A DNA stretch of 64,000 bases from contig CAMCVM010000002.1 of assembly GCA_945882015.1 (NCBI GenBank), positions 51,116-115,115 of the forward strand, written 5' to 3'. Positions 53,548-62,590 of this stretch are shown in pieces. Under the pieces are notes generated by a model. It did not search any database, was not told where the DNA came from, and worked only from the letters and a program-made list of their open reading frames with translations. A program made the position numbers and the translations under genes. Source of the stretch: a candidate division TM6 bacterium GW2011_GWF2_32_72. Its GTDB lineage: Bacteria; Babelota; Babeliae; Babelales; CAIQNR01. How positions within the stretch are numbered: position 1 is the stretch's first letter; the number at the start of each line of letters is the position of its first letter.

Positions 53548-55005
53548 TTAACTTAAATATTTTTTAAGAATCTCATTAATCTTTTGTGGATTTGCTTTGC
53601 CTTTTGTTTTTTGCATTGCTTGCCCTACAAAGAATCCAAAGACTTGTTGTTTGCCTGATTTAAATGCTGCAACATTGTCTGGGTTGCTTGCAATAATCGC
53701 TTGCACAATTGCTTCAAGTTCAGCAGTATTGTCAATTTGTTCAAGTCCTTTTTCTTTAACAATCTCAGCAGGGTTTTGACCTGTTGCGGCCATAACTTCA
53801 AAGACTTCTTGAGCAGCTCTATTATTAATGGTTCCCTTATCGATCAGATCAACTAGTTGCGCTAATTGTTGCGGAGCTACTTTGCAGGTTGCCGCATCAG
53901 TTTTGCTTTCTTTGATACAATTAACCACTTCACGCAGTACCCAATTAATTAAAAGCTTGCTTTGAGTATGCTGTGCTGCTGCTTCGTAATAGTTAGCAAG
54001 ATCTCTGTCTTCAATTAAGATAGTAGCTTCGTATTTTGAAAGGCCTTGAGCACAAAGGCGTTGTAATTTTTGTTCTGGCAGTTCTGGCATGATCGCTTTA
54101 ACTTGATCAATCCAGTTTTGAGTAACTTCAATAATTGGAAGATCAGGGTCTTGGAAATAACGATAATCAGCCGCTTCTTCTTTTGAACGCATTGGCATGG
54201 TTTGGCGTGTTTTAGTATTCCACAAACGAGTTTGCTGGGTTACTTTTTGTCCACTTTCAAGCAGTTCAATTTGACGTTCAATTTCATATTCAGTTGCATC
54301 ACTAATAAATTTAAACGAATTAATATTTTTAAGTTCGCATCGAGTTCCCAATTGAGGGTCAGTCTTTTTACGAACAGAAATATTGGTGTCAGCCCTGAAT
54401 GAACCTTCTTCCATGTTCCCTGTTGAAATTTCAGTCGCTACAACAAGCGCGTGGAGTGCTTTTAAGTAAGCGCGTACTTCGTGAGTACTTTCAATATCAG
54501 GATAACTAACAATTTCTAAAAGAGGGGTTCCTGTTCTATTTAAATCTACAAAGCTTTCGTCAGAACCCGCAGCATGAATATTTTTTCCCGCATCTTCTTC
54601 GATGTGAATTCTAATAAGGCGGATCTTTTTTTCAGTGCCGTCTTCTTTTAAAATAGTAACAAAGCCTTCTTTGCAAATAGGCTCTTTGTCTTGTGTAATC
54701 TGATAATTTTTTGGAAGATCCGGGTAAAAGTAATGCTTTCTTGCAAAAGTGCTTTTTGGGCTAATCGTGCAATTAGTTGCAAGGCCAGCTCTAATAGCTT
54801 TTTCAATAACTGCTTTATTTAAAACAGGAAGCACCCCTGGATAACCAGAACAAATTGGGCAAATATGTGAATTTGGTTGATCGGTTTGTTCATTTGAACA
54901 AGAACAGAATATTTTACTTTTTGTATTCAATTGCACGTGAACTTCTATTCCGATGTCAACTCTGTAATCGGGGTAGCTTTCAAGTATTGATTTTTTTTCT
55001 TCCAT
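53548..55005 (-). CDS. gatB: Asp/Glu-tRNA amidotransferase subunit B
   Basis: IGIEVHVQLNTKSKIFCSC...CPICSGYPGVLPVLN, plus the C-terminal GatB/YqeY domain. Confidence 0.95.
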   Translation of the reverse strand: MEEKKSILESYPDYRVDIGIEVHVQLNTKSKIFCSCSNEQTDQPNSHICPICSGYPGVLPVLNKAVIEKAIRAGLATNCTISPKSTFARKHYFYPDLPKNYQITQDKEPICKEGFVTILKEDGTEKKIRLIRIHIEEDAGKNIHAAGSDESFVDLNRTGTPLLEIVSYPDIESTHEVRAYLKALHALVVATEISTGNMEEGSFRADTNISVRKKTDPQLGTRCELKNINSFKFISDATEYEIERQIELLESGQKVTQQTRLWNTKTRQTMPMRSKEEAADYRYFQDPDLPIIEVTQNWIDQVKAIMPELPEQKLQRLCAQGLSKYEATILIEDRDLANYYEAAAQHTQSKLLINWVLREVVNCIKESKTDAATCKVAPQQLAQLVDLIDKGTINNRAAQEVFEVMAATGQNPAEIVKEKGLEQIDNTAELEAIVQAIIASNPDNVAAFKSGKQQVFGFFVGQAMQKTKGKANPQKINEILKKYLS

Positions 55006-55037
55006 GGTGTCCTTTTTATGGAGTCTTGTCGATTTGC

Positions 55038-56546
55038 TTACTCAGTTTCAAGTAAAAATTGAGTAATTTCAAGTCCTTTTTGACTTTGCAAAATAATTTT
55101 ACAGTCATGCTTTTTTTCAAAATCGAATAACGTTTGGTACTCTATTGTTGAAATATGTTCAAAAACTTGAGGGTTCAGCTTTAAAGTAATAGTGCCTTTA
55201 CCTTTTGATTCAAGTTCTTGTTTGATGTTCTGTAAAACCTTGTAGCTTTCAGCTCTGACAGAAGGAGTAAATCCAGTTCCTTTACAGGTTGAACAATCGT
55301 CAGTTAATTGCTTTGCTAATGTTTTACCAGAGCGTTTTCTGGTCATTTGAACAAGCCCAAATTCAGAAATTTTTAAAACGACTGATTGAAACTTATCTTG
55401 ATCTTTTAATGTTTTTTCAAAAAATTTAAAAAGCTTTTGACGATTAGCGTGTGTTGCCATATCGATAAAATCAATAACAATAAGCCCGCCTATATTACGT
55501 ACTTTAAGTTGACGAACAACTTCTTGCGCAGCTTCAAGATTAGTTTTTAAAATAGTATCTTCAAGGTTTGTTTTTCCGATAAATCTACCAGTGTTAACGT
55601 CAACAACGGTCATTGCTTCAGTTGCTTCAATAACAATTGAACCACCAGATTTAAGGTCAACTTTGCTATGCAAAGAATCTTTTATTTGTTCTTCAATATC
55701 ATATTTTTCAAAAAGAGGTTGACTACCAGTATAAAGCTGTATTTTTGCGCTATATTCTGGAGCAATTTCTTTAACATAATGAGCAAGGTCTTTTTGGCTC
55801 TCTTTATTGTCAATAATTACGGATTCAATGTCTTCATCAAGGTGGTCACGAATGACCTGAAATGCTAAATTAATATCTTGATAAATTTTAGCAGGAGCAA
55901 TTGCTTTGTCATAAGCAGCTTGAATGTCGTCCCATGATTTTAAAAGATAGGTTAAATCTTGTTTGATTTCTTGTTCTGTCCGATTTTCAGAGCAAGTTCT
56001 AATAATTGCGCCCATTCCTTCTGGAAGATTTTTTATAACAAGTTCTTTAAGTCGATTACGTTCATCCCGATCTTCAATTTTTTTAGAGGTTCCAACGCGT
56101 CCAATGTTTGGCATTAAAACAAGAAATCTACCAGGTAATGTGTAACAAGTGGTTAGCTTTGCACCTTTCTCATTGACCGGTTCTTTGCTGATCTGTATTA
56201 AAATATCTTCATTTTCTTTCAGGACTTTGCTGATATCAATTGGTCGATACTCTAAAGGTTTTTCTTTTTTGGAAGTAGTTTCAATATGATCAAGACCTTC
56301 GCTCATTTTGTTAATAGCTAAATCTCTATCAATTTCAGAAACATGCAAAAATCCAGACTTTTCTTGCCCTATTTCGACAAAGGCGGTTTGAATTCCCGGT
56401 AAGACTTTAGTAATTGTTCCTTTAAAGAAGCAACGTTCAATTTGGTTACCAGCATGAGACCAAAAGTAAATATTCTGTAACAGATCGTTTTCAATGATAG
56501 CAACACGTGTCTGCCACGGTTGTTCATTTATTAAAATTTTTTTCAT
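55038..56546 (-). CDS. rng: ribonuclease E/G family protein (RNase G-like)
   Basis: Collinear with E. coli Rng. S1 segment FKGTITKVLPGIQTAFVEIGQEKSGFLHVSEI. Catalytic region VVDVNTGRFIG...IGGLIVIDFIDM. Confidence 0.85.
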   Translation of the reverse strand: MKKILINEQPWQTRVAIIENDLLQNIYFWSHAGNQIERCFFKGTITKVLPGIQTAFVEIGQEKSGFLHVSEIDRDLAINKMSEGLDHIETTSKKEKPLEYRPIDISKVLKENEDILIQISKEPVNEKGAKLTTCYTLPGRFLVLMPNIGRVGTSKKIEDRDERNRLKELVIKNLPEGMGAIIRTCSENRTEQEIKQDLTYLLKSWDDIQAAYDKAIAPAKIYQDINLAFQVIRDHLDEDIESVIIDNKESQKDLAHYVKEIAPEYSAKIQLYTGSQPLFEKYDIEEQIKDSLHSKVDLKSGGSIVIEATEAMTVVDVNTGRFIGKTNLEDTILKTNLEAAQEVVRQLKVRNIGGLIVIDFIDMATHANRQKLFKFFEKTLKDQDKFQSVVLKISEFGLVQMTRKRSGKTLAKQLTDDCSTCKGTGFTPSVRAESYKVLQNIKQELESKGKGTITLKLNPQVFEHISTIEYQTLFDFEKKHDCKIILQSQKGLEITQFLLETE

Positions 56547-56706
56547 GACACCCCTTCAGGCGAGCTTATAATTTTTTTTCCCCTTACCCCTGCTTTTGTA
56601 TGTAGTATAGCCTAAAATCAATTTAATTTATAGGAGCAATTTTTAAGCATTCTTTAAAGAGTTTTAAAATGATCTTATTTTAAGAAAAGAGTAAGCTTAT
56701 TTTAAA

Positions 56707-56736
56707 TTGGTAAAAAACTATTTTTTATGGTATGTT
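56707..56736 (+). promoter_or_regulatory. candidate extended -10 promoter upstream of pal
   Basis: TTGGTA (56707-56712), an 18-nt spacer containing TG at 56728-56729, then TATGTT (56731-56736). Confidence 0.25.
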
Positions 56737-56797
56737 TTGACCGTTTTAAAGCGGGTGTTTTTAGTAAGTTGCAATGTGTAAAGGAGTTAAGTGTCTC

Positions 56798-57454
56798 ATG
56801 AAGAATAGCAAAAATATGTCATTTTTTTTAATAGCATTTTTATTTTTACCTGGTTGTCTTTATAAAAAAGAAGCAACAGAGATGCAAAAAAAAGGTAAAA
56901 AGACAGCGTTGGTAGATGGAGCAAAAGGAATCCCTCTTTCTCATAAAAAAGATGAAGGCAAGTTTTTTGATTCAGGGGTCGAAGCATTTGTTTTAGGCGA
57001 AGATGACGTAGATGATGACTTGCGTCAATTTGTTCAAAAAGAGATGATTTTAGCTCAAGCTGATATTGAAGCCCAATCTCCAGAATGGAAAGTTGATGCT
57101 GGTTTTAATAAGCAAGATTTTGAACCAATTTATTTCTCATTTGATGATCACTCAATCAGAGAAGATCAAAAGCCAACGTTAGCGTATGATGTCAAGCAAG
57201 CAAAGCAAGCTGCCAGTAAAGGAGCAGTTGCGGTCACAGGACACTCAGACAGTCACTATGTAAGCGAAGTTTATAATATTGCAAAATCAGAAAAACGGGC
57301 ACGTCAAGTAGCTAAAAAATTTGAACAAGCTGGAATACCAAAAGACCGTATTAAAGTAATTGGATATGGAGACAAGCAAAAAGCTATCAACGTTGCCGGA
57401 AAAGAAGAAAAGAACAGAAGAGTTGAGTTGATTAAATTGACTCAAGCGGCATAA
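56798..57454 (+). CDS. pal: peptidoglycan-associated lipoprotein (OmpA-family C-terminal domain); track ORF starts at 56774
   Basis: Lipobox LFLPGC after MKNSKNMSFFLIAF. OmpA-like motifs IYFSFDDHSIREDQ, TGHSDS and NRRVEL. Confidence 0.75.
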   Translation: MKNSKNMSFFLIAFLFLPGCLYKKEATEMQKKGKKTALVDGAKGIPLSHKKDEGKFFDSGVEAFVLGEDDVDDDLRQFVQKEMILAQADIEAQSPEWKVDAGFNKQDFEPIYFSFDDHSIREDQKPTLAYDVKQAKQAASKGAVAVTGHSDSHYVSEVYNIAKSEKRARQVAKKFEQAGIPKDRIKVIGYGDKQKAINVAGKEEKNRRVELIKLTQAA

Positions 57455-57482
57455 GATAGATTACATTGAGTATCATAAAATT

Positions 57483-57504
57483 GGGCCTTCATTGGCCCTT
57501 TTTT
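57483..57504 (+). terminator. intrinsic terminator downstream of pal
   Basis: gggcc (57483-57487) pairs with ggccc (57494-57498) around a 6-nt loop and is followed by T6 (57499-57504). Confidence 0.55.
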
Positions 57505-58861
57505 ATTTTCCGACGCAAAATTCTTTAAATACCGTATCAAGTGCTTTTTCGCTAATTGTTTTACCAGTTAATTCAGTAAGCGTTTCAAGTGAGTCTTTTA
57601 AGTGGTGAGCAACCAATTCGTATTCTATAAAACCTTCAAGCATTGTTTTTACAATCATTAATTTTTGCTCAAAGCTTATTAGCAGAGTAAAGTGGCGTTT
57701 ATTGAGTAAAAATGGACAACTGTTTTGATTGAATTTGTTTTGGATTTTTTCTTGTAATACAAGTTCAAGTTCTTTAATTCCATTGCAAGTTATGGTTGAA
57801 ACAGTCAGAGCATTATCAAATAATGAAGTAGATTTTTGAGGTTGATCCGATTTATTTTTCACTAAAACAATTTTTTCAGAATAGAGTTCTATAAGTTCTT
57901 GATATATCAGTTCTTCTTCTGGAGTAGTTGTGCGACTGCCATCAACTATCAGTAAAACAATATCAGCTGTTTGAGCTTCTTGCTTTGAGCGCTCGATTCC
58001 TTGTTGTTCAATAACATTTTTTGTTTTGCGTAGTCCTGCTGTATCAATCAGTGTCCAATAGACTCCATCTTTATACATTCCTGCTTCAATAACATCGCGA
58101 GTAGTTCCAGCTATTTCTGTTACAATTGCGCGCTGTTTTCCAATTAAGGTATTAAATAAAGAAGATTTTCCAGCATTGACTGATCCGATTAATGCAATTC
58201 TGATTCCTTGACGCAGTTGCTGTTGCTGGTCAAAAGAAGCTTTTACTGTGTTGATATCGGTAAAAATTGCATTGAGGCTTTCTCGCATCTGATCGCTAAA
58301 ATCTATTTCGTCTTCTATAAATTCAAAGCTTGCTTCACAGAGCGCAATTATTTTTAAAAGATTAATTTCTAGTTTTGCAATCCACTGAGAAAAGCTTCCT
58401 TCAAGTTGTTCTAATGACTGCTTTAATAGTTGCTGTGAATTGGCATGGATTAATTCGTTAATTGCTTCAGCTTTAATAAGATCGAGCTTTCCATTTTCAA
58501 CCGCTTGGCGTGTGAACTCACCATTTTGAGCGGGCCTAGCACCACAAGCAATAATTCTTTCTATGACATTCTGAATAATAAAAGGATTATTATGTGTGGT
58601 AACTTCAACAACATGATTACCGGTAAATGTTTTAGGGCCATGCATGACTAAGAACATTACCTCATCAAGATGATTTTTGTCAGCATCAGTAATCCAACCA
58701 TGATGGATTGTATGTGTTGCAACTTGATCAATAGTTTTGTGCGAAGAAAGTTTTGCACATTTCTTTAAAATAGCAAAAACTTGCGGCCCAGAAACTCGGA
58801 TCAAAGCAATTGCGCCAGATCCTGATGGTGTGCATTGTGCAATAATAGTATCAGTAATCAT
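57503..58861 (-). CDS. mnmE: tRNA modification GTPase MnmE
   Basis: N-terminus DTIIAQCTPSGSGAIALIRVSG. G-domain GSVNAGKSSLFN...DTAGLR...NKSD. Characteristic C-terminus FCVGK. Confidence 0.9.
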   Translation of the reverse strand: MITDTIIAQCTPSGSGAIALIRVSGPQVFAILKKCAKLSSHKTIDQVATHTIHHGWITDADKNHLDEVMFLVMHGPKTFTGNHVVEVTTHNNPFIIQNVIERIIACGARPAQNGEFTRQAVENGKLDLIKAEAINELIHANSQQLLKQSLEQLEGSFSQWIAKLEINLLKIIALCEASFEFIEDEIDFSDQMRESLNAIFTDINTVKASFDQQQQLRQGIRIALIGSVNAGKSSLFNTLIGKQRAIVTEIAGTTRDVIEAGMYKDGVYWTLIDTAGLRKTKNVIEQQGIERSKQEAQTADIVLLIVDGSRTTTPEEELIYQELIELYSEKIVLVKNKSDQPQKSTSLFDNALTVSTITCNGIKELELVLQEKIQNKFNQNSCPFLLNKRHFTLLISFEQKLMIVKTMLEGFIEYELVAHHLKDSLETLTELTGKTISEKALDTVFKEFCVGK

Positions 58862-58896
58862 AAGTTTATTTAAGAAAAGACAACCTCCATTGTCTC

Positions 58897-59688
58897 TTAA
58901 CTTTGACCTTTATCTTTTACAGGAGCAACGTAGCGTCTTCCTGAAATTTTCAAAACACGACGAGCTGTTTGAGGAGCTTGTGTTGGCTGTTGTGTAGTTG
59001 CAGCCGGCTGTGTTTTTTGAACTTCAAGAGGTTTTTGCGCTTCAACAGGAGCTCTTTGTTCAGAAGCTTGTTGTTGTGTTGGCTCAAAAGGTTTTTTATC
59101 AAAATCTTGTTTATCATTGCGTCTATCATTTTGATAAGGGCGTTGATTATTGCGACGCTTATCATTATAACGACCACGCTCTTGTCTTTCAGGACGTTGT
59201 CCTTGAGCGGTAGAAGTTGTTTGATTGTCATTTTGACGATCTTGAGTTTGATGAGGCCGATGATTCGTGTGATTTTCTGTCGCTTTGACATCGTTATGTA
59301 CTTGACGATCAACTACGTGATCGTTAGTTGCTCGAGTGTCTGTGTGGCGATTAGTGTTACGATCAGGTCTTTCAGTCTTATGAGCTGTAGGACGGTCGTA
59401 ACGATTTTTTTGCTCCCCGCGCGGATTACCAGTTCTTCCTTGAGAAGCGTTATACTGGCGATCTCTTTGTTGTGAGTTATGTGGTTTTGGTGTGTGCTCA
59501 CGCTCTTGACGGGTTACGATTTCTTCATAAAAGATACCGATTTTTGCTGGCTTAGTATTAAAGCCAAGAAAACCTGATTGAGGTTCTTCAAAAATTTTTA
59601 CCGTAAAAGATTGCGGCTTACCTGCTCGCGTCCAAGCCTTTTCTATTGCTTTAACGACTGAAGAAGCTTCTTCAACAAGTGATTTCAT
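58897..59688 (-). CDS. Jag_N-domain protein with basic low-complexity tail (no KH/R3H); track ORF extends to 59736
   Basis: From ATG 59686-59688 it reads MKSLVEEASSVVKAIEKAWTRAGKPQSFTVKIFEEPQSGFLGFNTKPAKIGIFYEE, which resembles the Jag N-terminal domain. It sits next to mnmE, the position Jag usually occupies. The remaining about 200 aa are R/N/Q/D/T/H-rich. Confidence 0.5.
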   Translation of the reverse strand: MKSLVEEASSVVKAIEKAWTRAGKPQSFTVKIFEEPQSGFLGFNTKPAKIGIFYEEIVTRQEREHTPKPHNSQQRDRQYNASQGRTGNPRGEQKNRYDRPTAHKTERPDRNTNRHTDTRATNDHVVDRQVHNDVKATENHTNHRPHQTQDRQNDNQTTSTAQGQRPERQERGRYNDKRRNNQRPYQNDRRNDKQDFDKKPFEPTQQQASEQRAPVEAQKPLEVQKTQPAATTQQPTQAPQTARRVLKISGRRYVAPVKDKGQS

Positions 59689-59833
59689 GCAGAGCCGACC
59701 TTTCCATTTAAGTCGATTGATTAAATTAAACAACATTTTCAGACAGGTTACATTTACCTCTGAAACTTTAGTATAGCAAAAAAAGTAAATAAAAAGAAAT
59801 AAAGTATGATTTTAAGGGGGGTAAAGAAAAAAA

Positions 59834-59906
59834 AGCGGAAAACGGGATTCGAACCCGCGACCTTTGCCTTGGCAAGGCAACGCTCTACCAGCTGAGCTAT
59901 TTCCGC
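59834..59906 (-). tRNA. tRNA-Gly (anticodon GCC)
   Basis: The reverse complement folds by hand into a cloverleaf. Acceptor stem GCGGAAA/TTTCCGC. D arm GCTC-AGCTGGTA-GAGC. Anticodon arm TTGCC-TTGCCAA-GGCAA. T arm GCGGG-TTCGAAT-CCCGT. Discriminator U. CCA is not encoded. Confidence 0.9.
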
Positions 59907-59920
59907 GTTTTATGATGATT

Positions 59921-59948
59921 AAGGTAGCATACTCTCTTATTATGTCAA
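59921..59948 (-). promoter_or_regulatory. candidate promoter for tRNA-Gly
   Basis: On the minus strand: TTGACA (59943-59948), a 16-nt spacer with TG one base before the -10, then TACCTT (59921-59926). It lies 14 nt upstream of the tRNA 5' end. Confidence 0.3.
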
Positions 59949-60033
59949 TTTTAAAAAGCATGATATTCCATATTTTTAATTACTTTTTTTTCAGTTGCTT
60001 GTTAGGCTGCTTTAAAAATAAAGAGGAAAAGGC

Positions 60034-60639
60034 ATGATTTCATTATTACAGGGAAAAGTAGTTTCTATTGATCAGCAGCAGCTTATTATTCAAGTTTCGG
60101 GTATAGGGTTTCAGGTTTTGGTTGCTCGACCAGAACTTTATAGCCAAGAACAAGAAATTAATTTACCAATCTATATGCACTGGAACCAGGAACAAGGCCC
60201 ATCTTTTTTTGGTTTTTCAACGGAACTTGAAAAAAAGATCTTTTTATTAATTATTAGCTGCTCTGGAATAGGGCCTAAAATAGGGCTTGCAGTTCTTGGC
60301 CAAATGAGTAGCGCAGACTTTTTGCATGCGGTTCAGTCAGGAAACGATAAAGCATTAAGCGCAGTTAATGGAATTGGGGCCAAAAAAGCAGAACAAATTG
60401 TGGTACAACTTCGTGATAAAGTTACAAAGTTAATAAATACAGAAAGCGAGCAAGTTTTTGAAGGAGCGCAAGCGCTTAATCATTGGAATAATATTTCACA
60501 GGTTTTAAAGTCTTTAAACTATTCTCGTCCAGAGATAGAAAGTGCGCTTGCTTATCTTAGAAAAGAACATAAAGGAGCAGATTGCACATTTGATCAATTG
60601 ATGCGTAGTGGTCTATCTTTTTTAGCAAAAAGAGTGTAG
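60034..60639 (+). CDS. ruvA: Holliday junction branch migration complex subunit RuvA
   Basis: MISLLQGKVVSIDQQQLIIQVSGIGFQVLV (OB domain), HhH segments SCSGIGPKIGLAVL and VNGIGAKKAEQIVVQL, and a small C-terminal domain. Confidence 0.9.
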   Translation: MISLLQGKVVSIDQQQLIIQVSGIGFQVLVARPELYSQEQEINLPIYMHWNQEQGPSFFGFSTELEKKIFLLIISCSGIGPKIGLAVLGQMSSADFLHAVQSGNDKALSAVNGIGAKKAEQIVVQLRDKVTKLINTESEQVFEGAQALNHWNNISQVLKSLNYSRPEIESALAYLRKEHKGADCTFDQLMRSGLSFLAKRV

Positions 60640-60640
60640 G

Positions 60641-60757
60641 GTTTCAGTGGCATCCTGAGCAAAGCGTTCCGCCGTCGCTAAGGCTATGGCGCACTAGCCT
60701 ATGAAAGCTCGGCGCGCGTGTCCGCCGTAGTTTCAACGTAGGCTGGAAGGGTCCAGG
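60641..60757. ncRNA. GC-rich structured island of unknown class (candidate ncRNA, leader element or repeat)
   Basis: My hand count gives 70 of 117 positions as G/C (about 60%), flanked by strongly AT-rich DNA. All frames contain stops. Hairpins visible by eye: aggcta/tagcct (60681-60700) and ctgga/tccag (60743-60756). Possible enclosing helix ctgagc/gctcgg (60655-60660 with 60707-60712). tccgccgt occurs as a direct repeat (60668 and 60721). Confidence 0.35.
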
Positions 60758-60805
60758 TAAATAAGTAAAAATACCTAATGATACGTTTTTATAAAGGTTT
60801 ATGTT

Positions 60806-62107
60806 ATGGATATCATGTCTTTCTGTTCAAAAATTGATGTATTATTTGCAATGCCATCAACAGTACTTTTTTTATTGGTAGGTATTTTTTTGACATTGAA
60901 GACAGGGTTTATTCAGATAAGAGCATTACCTTACTTTGTAAGTCTCATCAAAAATGGAATTAAAGGGCATCACACCAAAAAAGAAAAAATGATTAATCCA
61001 TTACATGCTTTATTGACTGCAATGGCAACAACTATTGGAATGGGTAATATTGCTGGGCCTTCAATTGCAATTGCAATGGGTGGTCCTGGAGCATTATTTT
61101 GGTTAGTAATGTACGCATTTCTTGGCTCAGTTGTTAAATTTACCGAAGTTATGTTTTCTATTTCTTTACGTAAAAAATTACCAGATGGATCAGTTCTTGG
61201 CGGCCCTACTCAGTATTTAAGAGATCTAGCTCCATGGCTTGGTGCTTGGTATGGCGCAATCACAGTATTTCTCTTTGCAGGTTGGTCAGGTCTTCAAGCA
61301 AATACACTTGCAAACGTGTTTTATTTAGAAGCGGTACCTAAATGGGCAACAGGCCTTGCACTTGCCGCTGTTGTATTTTTTGCTTTAACCGGTGGAATTA
61401 AAAGAATCGGTGAAATAGCAAGCAAATTAGTTCCATGTATGTTTGTTTTATATGTTTCTTTCGCGAGCTTTATTCTGTTTCAAAATCCAAGTGCATTATA
61501 TCAAGCTATTTGCTTAGTTTTTAATCATGCATTTCACCCATGTGCAGCAGTTGGCGGATTTTTAGGAGCAACGGTGTTTATGGCGATGAAGACAGGAATT
61601 CACCGCAGCATTTATATTACTGAATGCGGTCTTGGAACATCTTCAATCGCTCATGCAATGGCTGACACTGATGAGCCGCGCGATCAAGCATTACTTGCCA
61701 TGTTTTCTGTTGGCGCTGATACAATACTTTCTATTTTGTCAGGTCTTTTAGTGTTAGTTACAGGAGTGTGGAGCCGCGGTGAATTTACCAGCACGTTAGT
61801 CTATGAAGTTTTTAGAGATTTTTCTTCTGATTTAGGAAGATGGGTTTTATTGCTTTCTATTACTTTGTTTGTTTTAACAACGGTTATTGGTAACAGTTTT
61901 AACGCAAGCCAATCGTATGCTGCATTTACTCGTTACAGAGGAATGACTCGCTATTACATTTTCTTGTCCGCTATTATTTTTTGTGGTGCTTTGGTAGAAA
62001 TGCCGCTTGCATGGAAAGTCATGGATGTGCTGTTAATTTTAGTAGCAATACCGCATCTAATTGGTCTGGTTTTGTTGACGCTCAAACATCCAAAATTAAT
62101 TAAGTAG
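60806..62107 (+). CDS. alanine/glycine:cation symporter (AGCS family)
   Basis: The motif TIGMGNIAGPSIAIAMGGPGALFWLVMYAFLGSVVKFTE is typical of the AGCS family. Multiple TM helices. Confidence 0.85.
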   Translation: MDIMSFCSKIDVLFAMPSTVLFLLVGIFLTLKTGFIQIRALPYFVSLIKNGIKGHHTKKEKMINPLHALLTAMATTIGMGNIAGPSIAIAMGGPGALFWLVMYAFLGSVVKFTEVMFSISLRKKLPDGSVLGGPTQYLRDLAPWLGAWYGAITVFLFAGWSGLQANTLANVFYLEAVPKWATGLALAAVVFFALTGGIKRIGEIASKLVPCMFVLYVSFASFILFQNPSALYQAICLVFNHAFHPCAAVGGFLGATVFMAMKTGIHRSIYITECGLGTSSIAHAMADTDEPRDQALLAMFSVGADTILSILSGLLVLVTGVWSRGEFTSTLVYEVFRDFSSDLGRWVLLLSITLFVLTTVIGNSFNASQSYAAFTRYRGMTRYYIFLSAIIFCGALVEMPLAWKVMDVLLILVAIPHLIGLVLLTLKHPKLIK

Positions 62108-62110
62108 AGA

Positions 62111-62584
62111 ATGAGCTCTGGTATGATTACACAAATACCGTGGTGGGTTTGGGCACTCTTAGTTTTGATTATAGTCAGAGGTATTAAGGCATCTAAAGCT
62201 CGAATTGTTTATTTGCCAACTCTTTTTATTATCCCAAGCATTATGTTTTGTGCAAAGCTATCGGTTTTGTTGCAAGCAACTCCACAAGAAAAATGTATTT
62301 ATGTGGTTGCATTGTTATGTGCGGGGTTGCTTGGTAATGCCGTGGCAGAAAAAGAAACGATCAAAGCTTGTAAGCAGACTTTAACGCTTGCGCTTCCTGG
62401 CTCTTATCAAGTAATGTCTTTATTACTCACATTTTTTTGTATTAAATTTTACCAGGGATTTTTGCAATCTACTGATCCAGAAAAGGCTTTTGCATTAACC
62501 CCTTATATCTTTGCAGCTTCAGGAACAGTGACTGGATTTTTGTTTGGTAAGTTAGCAAATTATATTAAACGATTATATTTATAA
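62111..62584 (+). CDS. hypothetical integral membrane protein (157 aa)
   Basis: ORF with 4-5 hydrophobic helices, lying 3 nt after the symporter stop. No motif recognised. Confidence 0.45.
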   Translation: MSSGMITQIPWWVWALLVLIIVRGIKASKARIVYLPTLFIIPSIMFCAKLSVLLQATPQEKCIYVVALLCAGLLGNAVAEKETIKACKQTLTLALPGSYQVMSLLLTFFCIKFYQGFLQSTDPEKAFALTPYIFAASGTVTGFLFGKLANYIKRLYL

Positions 62585-62590
62585 TTTTTT

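Noticed and set aside
58950-59501. Track ORFs 58950..59312 (-), 58969..59475 (+), 58998..59213 (+) and 59313..59501 (-)
   Set aside because: All overlap the low-complexity tail of the Jag-like gene in other frames or on the opposite strand. They are artefacts of compositional bias.
60641-60757. Glycine riboswitch or SRP RNA identity for the GC-rich island
   Set aside because: A glycine riboswitch would fit the downstream AGCS symporter, but I cannot find the GGAGAG, CCGAAGG(A/G)GCAA or CUCAGGCAAAAGGAC core elements. For SRP RNA, the GGAA-tetraloop helix 8 motif with flanking AGCA is absent. The element is left unclassified.
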